Shown in pieces: positions 23,655 through 36,383 of a stretch of DNA of 64,000 nt. The notes under the pieces were generated by a model. That model saw only the letters and a program-made list of their open reading frames with translations, searched no databases and was not told the origin of the DNA. Made by a program: the position numbers and the translations under genes. The stretch covers positions 166,844,001 to 166,908,000 of the forward strand of contig NC_058368.1 in NCBI RefSeq assembly GCF_018350175.1. The letters run 5' to 3'. Within the stretch, counting starts at the first letter, position 1. Each line of letters opens with the position of its first letter. The stretch comes from Felis catus. Its lineage: Eukaryota.

Positions 23655-24289
23655 TCCTACTCACTTTTTTTAAACCTGTAGACTAAAATTTTATGAATTT
23701 CCATCCTCAGTTTTTCCATGTGTCACATGTTGGTCTAATATATACATATATATTTTTTACTTCATTCCATCGATCTTGCCTAATATTGTATTTTTTAGTC
23801 AATGTTTATTAAGCATCTTTTATGTGTCCTAAGACACATGAAATTTTTTACTTCTGTGCAACTTTGCTATGGCAGGATTATTTGAAAAAATGTAATGTTT
23901 TTTAGGTCCTAATATTTAATTCAGAAAGAAAGCATCAGTCTGGTGGGACATTGTATTTTGCAGTGGCTGCTCTTGTCTTAACATTGGGTAGATTTTCTCC
24001 AAAGGCAGGAGGAGAATGTTTCAGGATGTACTTGTCGCTGCATCTCCTGCTTTATTGGCAATTTGTAAAATCCTCTCTTTGTTCTTAATATTTTAAGATT
24101 TAAATTTAAAACTTTCAAGGATTTAAAACATGACAGAGACCTGGGAATGGTGTGGGGGTGGGGGACAGGGTGTTTCTACCAAAAGAGACTTTGTTACCTT
24201 TGTATCCATTCTGAAGAAGCATCCTGGTTAAAATAAAAGTTTGCCGGCTAATTTATTCACCTCCTCTCCCCCACCCAAAAATTGGGTAT

Positions 24290-24490
24290 TATTTGCCCAG
24301 CATTTGGCTAAATGCTTTACATATATGATCACCTTTAATTATCTCAAAAATTCTATGACAGAGCTATAATGGCCTGTTTCTAATGAGATATCTGAGCTTT
24401 CAAAAGATTAAATAACAGGATTGGAAAGCAAAGAAATGACAGATTTGGGATTAAAATTCATGTACCTCTAGCCTTAAAGCCCAAAATGAA
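24290..24490 (-). mobile_element. MIR remnant
   Basis: ctaaatgctttacatatatgatcacctttaattatctcaaaaattctatga...tgagatatctgagc. Confidence 0.6.
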
Positions 24491-25926
24491 TTCCTTACAG
24501 ATTTGGCCTTTCCTATTTGCACTAATCACAATTATTTCAGATGACTGAACTTTACTTTATAGGCTTTAGATACTCTTGCATTTAATCATGTGTTTCTGTA
24601 AGTTACCTTGAATTGAAATATAGGATTTTTGTGCTGGGTTATTAATTCTCTTGTCTTCCATCAATGTTTTTACTTTATCTTGAATTTTTTATTTTAATAT
24701 TATCTTTCTCATATCAAAGCTTATTTTTATAGACATGTTCTTCTTTTATTTCCTATCATTTATATTGTAAGAGAGATAGCTCATACTAAAAGTCTAACCG
24801 GTGCTTCTTTCTGTTTTTCATTCTCATTTTCTACTACTACAGTTAATAGTTTGTTTTATTTTGGTTTGTTTTAACATTTGTTCCTTTCTTCTGAAGCTTA
24901 ACTTTGGGTCTTTATTGTTTGTTAATCTGTGTTTCATTTTATTACATTTTGGTATTATTATTCTTTATTATAAGCCTTCCTAGTGTATTAAATATTACAT
25001 TAATAGAATGAATATCATGTTCTTCTCCCAAAAGAATATATGCTTTTAAGCATCTGAGCATCACTTCTTATGAGTTTCATGTTCATGGGAAGGATTATGA
25101 ATACAAATTCTGAAATACCTGTGATCACTCAGCCAACGAGGGGAGGAAATCAGACCAGATCAGGGCTCTTGATTTCCTCTCAAAGGCACTTTCTTTTCCA
25201 CTATATTCCATATTGAGCCCTTTCACATAGAATCACTTTGCTAAGGAGCTTAATTTTCCATCAAAACCAGTTCTTTCTAATAATAACTTGTTTTGTTGTG
25301 GTACAGACAGGATAGCAATATATTACATCTATTTAGGAGATAAATTTTTCCTTTTATAGGGTCATTGATTTTTCTTAATTTAAATGGAGACTATATCGCT
25401 TAATGTTAGAGTGAGAAATAAATATTAGAAATTAAAGCAAAAAATAGAGCAAGTATGTTTTTCTATGTTTGTGTACAGACATTTCAGGAATATTTTTTAG
25501 CATAACAGATCATAAGAACTTAAGAGTGATGTCTATATGCATTATGTACTCAAAGAAAATGCCTGTGTTTCAAGATCAATGTGAATTTTTTCAATAATCA
25601 GAAAAAGAGCGACTGTCTACATAAATTGAATCTCTGTTTCCCCAAACAGTAAATTTAAAATTTGTCACAGAAGAATCTTAATGATTCCTCTTTACAATGA
25701 CTTCCAGGTGCTTATGCTGCATAATGAGTAAATTAAAAAAAAAAAAAAAGAAAAATAGTTTAATATTTCCAAATCTCAAAAGATTCATGTACTATTGAAA
25801 TTTATATCTTTTTTTATTTTATTGGTAATGGGAACAGTCTTAAGAAATCAAATTTTGAAAATATGGAATTTATCCCTGTTGTAGAATCACATCAAAATTT
25901 TGTTTTCAAGCTTTGATTGAATTTTT

Positions 25927-26142
25927 AAAAATTTTTTTTAATATTTATTTATTTTTGAGAGAGAGAGAGAGAGCGCACGAGCAGGGGAGGAGAAGAGAAA
26001 GAGGGAGACACAGAATCTGAAACAGGATCCAGGCTCTGAGCTATCAGCCCAGAGCCCGATGAGGGGCTCGAACTCACAAACTGCAAGATCATGACCAAAG
26101 CCGAAGCAGGACCCTCAACTGACTGAGCCACCCAGGCGCCCC
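25927..26142 (-). mobile_element. Can-SINE
   Basis: TSD ctttgattgaattttt at 25911-25926 and 26145-26160. Confidence 0.96.
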
Positions 26143-27879
26143 AACTTTGATTGAATTTTTTTTAAAAAAGTCAAATTCCTTATTTTAAAGAGAATACTAT
26201 TACATAGAATAGCTCAAAATGGTTTTATATTTTCCAAAACAATCTCAAAATTTTCTTTGAGATATTTAATTAAACCATATTATCTTATAAGTGCATGATA
26301 GCTGTACTTAGAAGACTAACTGTATATGCAGCATGTCTAAAGAGAAGTAAGCTCTCAATGACAGAGTTCTGTAAGGAGAGATATCAACACATTTTGACTT
26401 GATTTTCTTTTTTTAACTGTAATTAGAAATTTGTTATCAAGAGAAACTCCACAGTTTGAGATATTTAACAAGACCTAAGAAGTCTGTTTAACAATGCATT
26501 TTATGAAAACTACTGAAGGACTTGTTAAAAAAAATACTGATTCTATATTCTCTAATAAGAACAATGTGCTTTTTATCATGTAAGATTGCATACATGATTC
26601 ACAAGTACCATACAGTAAGTTCAAACTATGTTTCTAGATTCTCTTCACTAACAAACTTTTGTTTGGATCAGTATTCCAGCTAAATCCGTCATTTTTCTAG
26701 AGTTGCTATTGCCTCCTACAAAGACTCTTGATTCTCATTTTAGGTTTTTCATACTATGACCCTAAATTTCTCAGTTTTTACATATTAAATTGGTCAAAAT
26801 CTGCCATGGAAACTTATCTGTGGTCTCTTCTACTGTGCTTCTAAAATGCTAGCTGCTTGCCTTATTATTTAACATAAATGACTGTATGTAGCTCCAACTC
26901 TATCTTTCAAGCTCACCTGTTCAACACCTTATGTCTCTCTGCTTATCTTTCTACCAAGATCAGCATTCTATACAATAAAAGAAGACTCATTTTAAAGTTA
27001 TCTTTTATTAGGAAACTCATTTCTTTCTCAAAGTTAGGGCTTCAAATGGATACTACCATTGAACGTTATCATAAATGGACACTCTAGTGGAAGGTATTAT
27101 ATATTTTCCATGTATCATGCAAGTTTCCCCCCATGGCTACAACATATAAACAGAATTTCTCTTTAGTTAGCCTGTAAATATGCAATAGCATGTGAGGTAA
27201 AGATATACCAAAGAAGTGTGTGTGTTATGTATATTCAAATGATTATATGACCGAGCAATAAAATTTGTTGAATAACTGTTAATATTCAGCATTATAATAT
27301 CAAATACTTTGACACTTCTTTAGGTCCTAGACCATAAGAATAGTAGGGCTTAATTTATTAAGGTAATACACATACCTCTTTTGAAATAGGTAACATTTTT
27401 CTAACAAATGGAATTCAACACATAGTTCTCAAAACTGCCCCAAAGTCCTCCTACAGCTTCTCCGTTTCCTCTATTTTCTTCATTACAGGTGAGATGTAAG
27501 CTAAGAATTTTCAACCCTTTTTCAAAGCAAATTTGTAGGTCCACTTATTTAAGAAAAAAGAAAACTTAAATGTTCCTAGTTATTTTTAAATCTGAATTTT
27601 ATATTAACAAGGGTTGTTTTACCTAAACAAAATATATTTTGATGTGAAAACCCTGAATCAACAGTCCATGTGCCTGAGATAACATATAGTAAGGAATATA
27701 TGTTGCTTTTAATTATCAGGTTAACATGTAAGAGGCCAACTTATTCTTGCAGTTCAAGCCTTCAGAAATACCATACACTTATGCATAGCATAATGTAATT
27801 ATAGATAATGTACCTTGACTCAAATAAACTCTTGGCTAGTCTCCACTAGCCAATGGATGTGTCTAAATGACTGACTTTT

Positions 27880-28053
27880 GAGGTATCTGGGTGGCTCAGT
27901 CGGTTAAGCATCTGGCTCTTGATTTCAGCTCAGGTCACAGTCTCCAAGCCCCGTAGCCAGCTCTGTGCTGGCACTGTAGATGGAGCCTGCTTTGGAGTCT
28001 TTCTCTCTCCCTCTCTCTCTCTCAAAATGAATAAATAAACTTTAAATAAATAA

Positions 28054-28083
<30 letters not shown>
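27880..28083 (+). mobile_element. Can-SINE with (AAAT)n tail
   Basis: ctgggtggctcagtcggttaagcatctggctcttgatttcagctcaggtcac. Confidence 0.92.
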
Positions 28084-28084
<1 letters not shown>

Positions 28085-29154
28085 CTGTCTTATGCCATTT
28101 TGTCTGTGATTATCAATGCAAATGTAAGTAATAACTAGAAATATACTATCTACATTTGGAAGTGGTTTAGAAGGCCACTAGGGACTTTTAGTTAGCTCCT
28201 TTAGTGACACTCTTCATTATTAAAGTTATTTTGCCAAGGAAAAGATCCAAAAAACTTGTTTACTGCCTAATTACTCTAACCAAAAATAATTAGGTGTGTG
28301 AGACAGCTGTACTAAATGTGAATTTTACTAAGGTAGGCTTTCAGCTTTAGAAAATGGTAGATATGTCCTCATTTGAAATGTACATGTGCAAATTATCATT
28401 CTTGTCTGAAGCTAACATACCCTGGGATTTTTGTCTGTTTGCTTTGGAGACTCACCTGAGGTTACAGATGTATTGATTTAGAGAAAATGTAAATAGCTTT
28501 AATCTGGGTGCCAAGAGATCAGAATTCACTGCTCATGCCTGTCATTGACTTCTTTCTCAGGCATTTATTAATCCTTTTGGTGACTCACTTTCCTACTAGG
28601 AAGTGGAGGGAGGGAAAAACACATATGTTGTATAAGGAATTATGTCAAATATTTCATATATATATATGCATACATATTTCACAAATCCAAGAAAGAATGG
28701 GAAAATAAATATGCTATATTAATGTCAGCCATTCGTTGTAGTAATCTAAGAAATACCAACATTTAAAAACTTACTTTCAAAATTTTATAAATGTTTATTT
28801 CTTCCTCCAGTATACATTTCCAAACTGTGAATGCCTTGGGAATTTAGCAAATCATTTACACATTTCTTAAAAACAAATAAGTCATTTTATCTATCTATGC
28901 TATATCTTCCAACTACTTTTTTGTGAAGAAAGACTAACTTGTAATTCCTCCCAAAGGTATTCTTGGTCAGACAGCAGAAGAGCTATATGTAGGAACATAG
29001 TGCTGTTGAAAGCTAGTTATATTCATGTTCTTATTTGCATAGTTTTTCTCCAGTTCAATGTCACCCAGGAACTACTGAGCTTAAAACAATCAGCATAAAT
29101 TCTGGAAACTGTGTTTTATAATCTCCCCTTTGCTCTCAACAACATAATCTAAAT

Positions 29155-29371
29155 CAAAATTTTGCAAACTATGGCCCACCAACCATATTTGAGTTGCCAT
29201 ACTGCCTGGTTGGGTAAATTAAGAGTTACGGAAGCCGTACCCATCCTTTCATCTGTTGTCTATGGTTGCTTCTGTGCTACAACTCATAGTGGCTATGATG
29301 ATACTATATGGACCACAAAGCCCCAAATATTTACAATCTGCCCCTGTACAAATAATGTTTATTCATAATAG
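29155..29371 (+). mobile_element. MER58A-like hAT-Charlie MITE
   Basis: gcaaactatggccca...tgtctatggttgcttctgtgctacaa...aaatatttacaatctgccc; 8-bp TSD atctaaat at 29147-29154 and 29372-29379, the TSD length typical of hAT. Confidence 0.8.
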
Positions 29372-29799
29372 ATCTAAATCATCATTTTCTTCTTTTACAA
29401 AGCTGTGAAGACGCAACATGTTATAATGGTGAAAAATATGGATTTAATGTCAAAATCTCAACTTTGTGTCTCAAACCTCAATTTCTTTCCTATAAAAAGA
29501 TGACAGGTTAGCTTTGTCCTTTCTTTAAATGTGGAAGAACTTTAGAATCTGGGAAGTTGGGGCTTGCATCTCTTGAACACAGAGTATGTAGACATTTAGT
29601 ACCCAATTCACTTTTCCCCAATGAGTTATACATGACTGTGAGTTGAAAACAATGCTTGTTTCTATATCACAGACTTATACAGGGAACCTGAAATAGATTA
29701 TGTGGAAAACAAAATTATAGGGCAATAAAGCTCTATTTCATTAGCTATATCATCTGAGAAAATGTAAAACTTTTAAAACAGGATACATATAGTATTTAT

Positions 29800-30350
29800 T
29801 GCCCCTCTGCTTAAGACTGAAGGTTTCCTCATTTCACTTAAAGTGGAAAGGTTTAAAATGGCCTAATAGGTCCAATATAGTCTGATTTACCCTTAACTGC
29901 CTTCTCTCATCCCATGCTACTCTCCCCTTCTTACCCCAATGCAGTCATACTTGTCCCTTTGCAGTTTCTCAGTCACTCAAGAAGGTGAAAATTTAAGGTT
30001 TTCTCATCTTGCACAGCTTTCTCCCTAATCTACTTCAGGTCTTTGTTGAAATACCACCTTCTCAATGATGCCTTTCTTGATTGCACTCTAAAATTAAAAA
30101 CCATTTTTCCTAGTACACTTTCCAAGTCACCCATTATCTGTTCTATTTTTCTCTTTATAGTACTTATCATCTTCTAGAATACTATATAATTAACTCATTT
30201 TATGTTTCCTGTTTTTGCTCTCTTTTTTAAAAGTTTACAGTGGTATAGATTTTGTCTATGTGTTCTCTAATGTATTCCTAGATTTTAGAAGAGTGCTTGG
30301 CACATAGGAAATCCTCAAAAAATATGTTATGAATGAATCAATGAATGGAG
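29800..30350 (+). mobile_element. L2 3' end
   Basis: aaataccaccttctcaatgatgcctttcttga...agtgcttggcacatagg...atgaatgaatcaatgaatg. Confidence 0.75.
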
Positions 30351-31503
30351 TAACAATGAATGTTTATAAATACTTAATATGTGCTGAGCCCTTTGCACAT
30401 TCCTGAGAATATATGGTGAATAAGGCACAGTATCTGTTCTTAACAAATGCACAGCCTGGTGAGCAACAAAAAGATACCACAAATAGTCATCCATGTGCCT
30501 ACGTCTTACAAGTGAATAAGCCAATTAAAACAAAACATGCCGCTATTAACTTTGCTTCAATAGATATGCTTCTAAACCTTTCCTGTTTTACAGACTTTGC
30601 CTTCCTCTTCCTCCTATTTCTTCTTTTTCCTTTATCATAATTTTATTCTTCTTATTTTAATTTCTCCTAACTTTGCCTATTCACCTGTAAGATTTTACTA
30701 ATAACTGCTCATAAGCTTTTACTAATAATCAAGGAAAATAGTTTACGTAATGTCCTTACTACACTGTCAGTCATATTAAAAGAGCTCCATCTGAAAACAA
30801 AAACAAAAACAAAAACAACACAACCCTTTTGAGACTCTCCAACCTTTCAATTGCCAGAGGCTAACAGGAGAACAAAGAGAATCCATTCAATCTAAAGCAT
30901 TCTAGGACTATATAGCAGCCACCCTTAGTGTTGGAGAGAACATAGCATTGTAACAGGGCAAATAGTGATGTTCCAAGCCAGAGAAATGTGGAGGCTGGAC
31001 TGGAGAGCAAAGATCACTCCCCAATGGCCCAGAAAGCTGACATCTAATCTGTGAGGGAAAGAGAGATATGATATAGTTTTATATGGCTTGACTAGTAAAT
31101 TACCTATAAAGCACTAAGGAGCCTCACCAGAACTCTTTTCTACAGAAGGAAAAGCCCTGATCACAATCTCAAACTTTGTTAAGTCATTGGTGAACTAAAT
31201 CTGCAACAAGGCCTATAAACAGTTTAACTACATTTCAGATTGACTTACCCTCCAGTTCTAGCAGCCTGAAAGAAAATCCCATACAATATTTCCTGGAGGT
31301 CAATACTATATAATTCAGTCCCTATTATTATTTAATACAAAATGTCTGGCAGAAAAAAAAATTGCAAGTCACATGAAATAGTAACAACAACAGCAAAAAT
31401 TGACTAATAGTCAAAAAAAGAAATAGTTGATAGAAGAAACATAAATGGCTTGATGATACAATTCTAGATGATATCACGCTATGTGATAAAGAAACTAACA
31501 CAT

Positions 31504-31855
31504 TGTCTTAGTCCACTTGGGCTTCTACAAGAAAAATACCATAAACTGATACCTTACAAACAACAGAAATCTAATTCTCATAGTTCTGAATTCTGGGAAA
31601 TCTAAGATAAAAGCACCAGAAGATTCAGTGTCTGGTGCAAGCCCACTTCCTAGTTCATAGTTGGCAGCTTCTTGCTGTCACCTCAGAAGGCAGAGGGAAC
31701 AGACAAGGGAGGCCTGTTGGAGTCTCTTTTATAAGGGCACTATTCATGAGGGCTATGACCTATCTCTCCCCAAAGCCTACACTTCCAAATACTCTTATAT
31801 TGACATAGGTTTCAAGTTAGGAATTTTGGGAGATACACACATTCATACCATAGCT
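31504..31855 (-). mobile_element. MaLR solo LTR (MLT1A-like) nested in L1
   Basis: tgtcttagtccacttgggct...ctcatagttctg...ggagatacacacattcataccatagc. Confidence 0.85.
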
Positions 31856-33145
31856 AGTATCTATTGGAAATGGTGAATAACATCCAAGGCAAAATATTGA
31901 GAATATACAAAAGGATCAAATGGAATTATATAAATTAAAAAAAAATCAGTGGTCAAAAATGAATTCACCTGTTGGATTTAACAACAGATTGAGTACGGCA
32001 GAATAATGAATCAATACACTTCAATATTGATCAATAGAATATATCCAAAATAAAAAAAAAAGAATTAAAACAAAAACAAGAGATAAGACAATATGTGATC
32101 TGTGGGGAAATATCAAATGGAGAGGAGAGAGAAAAATGGATTAGAAGAAATATGTCAGAATAAATGGCTGATGACTTTTAAAAAGTAATTGAAATAAATC
32201 AACCCACAAATCCAAGAATCTCATCAAACACCTCAAGTTGGATAAATTAAAAAAAAAAATACTAGGCACATCATCACATCAGATTGCTAAAAACTAAAGA
32301 TGAAATGCAAATCTTAAAAACAGAGGGAAAGAAGGCACATTAAAGATAGCAGAAGGGATCCTTCTCAGACATATCAATACAATAATACAATACAATAATA
32401 CAATAAAATCTTCATAGTGGTGAAAGAAAATAAAATATGAACCTAGGAGTCTATACTTGGTGAAAATATCTCCCCAAATAAAGGTAAAATAAAGACATTT
32501 TTAAACTAACAAAAAAACAACATAATTTGTCCCCAGGAAACCTGTACTATTATCAGTTCTCTGGCCTAAAGGAAAATGATAGTAAATGAAATTCTGGATA
32601 TCCTTAAGAAAGGATCTGTATTCCTTAAGAAAGGAATGAAGATCAGTAGAAAGGGTAAATATATAGTAATATACACATACATGTAAAACACATATATGCA
32701 ATATTATATATATATATAAAGATATTTAAATTTCTTTGAAAGACTATGAACTATTACAACTAAAAAATAATACTTTATAATAATGTATTGTGGGTTTTGC
32801 AGCATATGTAACAAAGGAAGGGTTTATACTGTTGTAAAATTCCTACATTGTGAAATAGTATAATAGTATTTGAAGGGAAGCTTAAAACTACATCACTAGA
32901 GAAACACTAATAACACAAAGTGGAAAAACTAAAAAGTCAATAGAGGAGATAAAATTGAACACCAAGAAAATAATAGCTTCATGTGAAAAGGTCAAGAAAG
33001 GAAACACAAGGACAGAAGATCATGTGGGAGAAACATAAAATACATAGCATGTCAAAAAAAAAAACCAATAGTGATAATTATAATTAATGTAATGGACTAA
33101 ACACAAATCAGAAATTCTCATACTGATAAAAAAGTAAGACCCAAT

Positions 33146-33349
33146 GGACTCCTGCATGGCTCAGTCTGTTGCACCTCCATCTCTTGATATCAGCTCAAGT
33201 CATGATCTCATGGTCATGAGATCAAGCCCCATCTTGGGCTCCATGCTCAGCGTGGAGCCTGCTTGAACTTCTCTCTCCTGCTTTCTCTTCCCCTCCCCCA
33301 CTCCTGTGTTCGTGTGTGTGCACGCACGCGTGTGTGTGCGTGTGTTCTC

Positions 33350-33388
<39 letters not shown>

Positions 33389-33398
33389 ATGATAAATA
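33146..33398 (+). mobile_element. Can-SINE nested in L1
   Basis: tggctcagtctgtt...catgatctcatggtcatgagatcaagcccc; (AAAT)n tail. Confidence 0.9.
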
Positions 33399-33464
33399 AC
33401 AAAACCCAACACACTTTAAATATAAAGACAGAGTATAATGAACAATCAGAAGAAAGATACACCA

Positions 33465-34727
33465 ATTTGCAGTTTCAGTTCTAAAAGAGAAAGAGCTCAG
33501 AAATTTTCACTCCCATTCTTACCAAAAAAAAGCTAGACAAACTGAAAATCAGTTGTTTTTCTTGGACTCCTCAGTGCACTAAGATCACAGGGCAAAATAT
33601 GGAGACTCAAGATCTGCTTACCTGGACAGAAATGCTAGAGCCATAATACACTATGGGAACTTTTAGATGGTAATTTTGAATAATTGCTAGAGATTATGTG
33701 TGGGGGATTAAAGTAGTATAAAATAAATACCCAGGAGTCCGTACCAATATAAATGAATGACTGAATAAATGTTTAAACAAGAGAGAAGAGATAAATCTTC
33801 CATCCAGGAAATTCTACATCATTTATACTGTGCTGTTACAGGAGGTGTGAGTGTAAGTGTGGGCTACACATAACAACTTACCTCCAAAAAGCACAGATGG
33901 AAAGCATGGAGAGTGGAGAAAAAGAGGAACTTTGTGAGTGGAGAAACCTGATAATAACTCATCATACAGGTGATAAAGGTCAAAATCAATAGGATAAATT
34001 ATGTTGATAGCATGTATTTTTGATATAATGTAATAAAAATGACACATTTCACCTTAGTTTTCATGCCAAAAACTTAAAACCACAGCCTAATCTTGAGAAA
34101 AACTTCAGGCAAATATCAGCTGAGGGACAGTCTAAAAAATACTAACCAGTAATCCTCAGAACCACCAATGTCATTAAAACAAGAAAAGTCTGAGAAACTG
34201 TCAACAACCAAGAAGAGCCTCAGGAGACATGACCACTAGATCCAATGTGGTTTCTTGACCAGCATTCAGTAACAGAAGAGGGATATTAAGGAAAAACTTA
34301 AAAAAAAAAACTGAAAAAGTAGGGGCATCTGGGTGGCTCAGTCAATTTAAGAGTCCAGCCCTTGATTTCGGCTCAGGTCTTGATCAGGGTTCATGAGATG
34401 GAGCCCAGCGTCGGGTTCTGCACTGACAGCACAGAGCCTGTTTGAGACACTCTCTCTTTCTCCCTCTGTTTCTGCCTCTCTCCATCTCACTCTTTCTCTA
34501 AAAATAAATAAACATTTTTTAAAAATTGAAAAAATATGGACTTTAGTTAATAGTAATGTATCAATATGAATTCATTAACTATAATAGATGTACTCCTACT
34601 TGTAAAAGATGATAATAGGGGAAACTAGATAAGGGTTTATAGTAATGCTCTATACTGTCTTCCCAATTTGTACATCTAAAACTATTCTAAAATAAAAATT
34701 GTATTTAAACAAAGCAAACAAAAAAAC
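33465..34727 (+). mobile_element. L1MD-like element: 5' end (~33465-33720) joined directly to 3' end (~33720-34727)
   Basis: 5' motif agctagacaaactgaaaatcag...agatctgcttacctgga...atggtaattttga resembles the L1MDa 5' end; 3' motif ggagacatgaccactag...ctaaaactattctaaaataaaa resembles L1MC/MD 3' ends. Confidence 0.7.
34322..34520 (+). mobile_element. Can-SINE nested in the L1MD-like 3' end
   Basis: ggggcatctgggtggctcagtc head; imperfect TSD aaaa[c/t]tgaaaaa[g/a]ta. Confidence 0.93.
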
Positions 34728-35409
34728 TGAGGAGACGAAACCGTGGCTTCTAATGTTCTGACCAAGTTGAAGGAGGCACGGCTGTTGGGAGAAAGAGGAT
34801 TAAATTCACAAACCAAAATAATAAAGAAAATGGTTGGGGTGAAGCCCATAGAAACATTTTCCTTCAGTTTCCCAAAATAAAGGTGATGTAAGAACTATCT
34901 TTAGTTTTATATTAGAGGTTTTAATCAAGAGTGAAGTCAGGAGAAGAATGGTTGGCATTTACACTGTATATGAAAGGTTGTCAAATCAAACTAAAACATG
35001 AAAAATTTCTTCCCATGAGTTGTCTAACCTTCAGAAAGCTGGGACTCTCGACGGTGCCTAGCATACCAGCTAAGATGTCTGTGGAGGGCGGGTGGCCTGC
35101 ACAGGAATACACATCATGAGTGGGGAGGGGCTATTGCAGAGTGCGGAAGTACCTGGTGGGAAGGATCATTAACCCAAGCGGCCAGCCTCAGGAGGAGAAT
35201 ATCCTAAGCCTTTCGGCACGTTGCAAAGAGAAGTCTTTCTTTAACTGAATACCTTCTTTTTTCAAACAGGGGACGTATTCTTTGTATCCTCACTGAGGGT
35301 ACATAAGCACCCCAAGATCAAATTCTATTGCAAGGATAAACCACAACCAAAATGTAGGAAAAGTAAAGCCACTTTCAGTACTCCAGTATAATAAAATAGA
35401 ATTTTAAAA

Positions 35410-36195
35410 AAAGAAGATATACCATGAAAACTCCGAACTCACAAAAAATGGCATGAGATCATTCCCAAAAGTATCCTCACAACAAAGAGTATGTTAGAAA
35501 TAAAGTGGAATGTTTCCTAATGGTAAAAGAATAAAAAAAAAAAATCAGTTCACTAAGAGGACATTAAAATTCTAGATTGTATGCCCCTAATATTTGAGAA
35601 AATTATATTTTCTAGAAAATACAATATATACAGAACTTTAGAATAAATATTTGAAAAAAGTTTAAAAATATAGGAAGAAATAGACAAATCCACAAACATA
35701 TTGATATTCCTCTTTCAGTATTTGGTAGAATAAGAGACAGAAAACATTAGTAAAGACAACGAGGGTTTGAGCAACACTATCACCCAACTTACAATCTACC
35801 TTTAAAGAACATGACATCCAGCAAGTACAAAATATGCTTTCTTTTCACGTGCAAGTAGAAGAGGATATATATCCTCTCTATATATATCCTCTCAAACTGG
35901 TCTATAAAATAAGTCTCAATAAATATCAAAGAACTGAAATAAAACTGAGTATGTTATTTGACTACAGTAAGTTGAATTAGAAATTAATAAGAATAGTTTG
36001 TTTAAGAAAAAATAAAACACCAAATATAAGAGAGAAAGAGAGAGAGAGAAGGGAAGCAGTGGAGAGAGGGAGGAAAAGACTACAAGGGAAAGTTTCTCTA
36101 GATGGATGATAATAAAACAAATATTATCAAAACCTCTTGTATGGAGCTAAAGCAGTGCTCAGAGGGAAATATATGGATTTAGATACTCATAATTT
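35410..36195 (+). mobile_element. Continuation of host L1M ORF2 (endonuclease region, decayed)
   Basis: aagatataccatgaaaac...gaaatagacaaatccacaa...aagtctcaataaat...agctaaagcagtgctcagagggaaat. Confidence 0.8.
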
Positions 36196-36273
36196 TATTT
36201 TCTTCTTTTAACATCTTTCTAAAATACAAAGAGGAAAAGAGGAAAGAGAAGAGAAAGGAGTTATCTTTCTTTT

Positions 36274-36383
36274 CAGTAAGTGATGAATCACTAGACTCTA
36301 TTCCTGAAATCATTATTATACTATATATTAACTAACTTGGATCTAAATTTTAAAATAATAATAATAATAAAAATAATAATAAT
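36274..36383 (+). mobile_element. Very short 5'-truncated carnivore L1 3' end
   Basis: gtaagtgatgaatcactagactctattcctgaaatc...ttaactaacttgga plus (AAT)n tail; TSD aaggagttatcttt at 36255-36268 and 36384-36397. Confidence 0.85.

Larger units (their letters stand above)
30900..33464 (+). mobile_element. Old L1M host element: 5' region, decayed ORF1, start of ORF2
   Basis: A-rich L1 ORF1-like text (atcaaatggaatt...aacaacagattgag...caaatccaagaatctc) and ORF2 start (aattaatgtaatggactaaac); no open frame; start approximate. Confidence 0.75.

Noticed and set aside
28445..28500. Other AG|GTRAG motifs (minus ~28455, minus ~2920, plus ~44830)
   Set aside because: Weaker pyrimidine tracts; the count is in line with chance.
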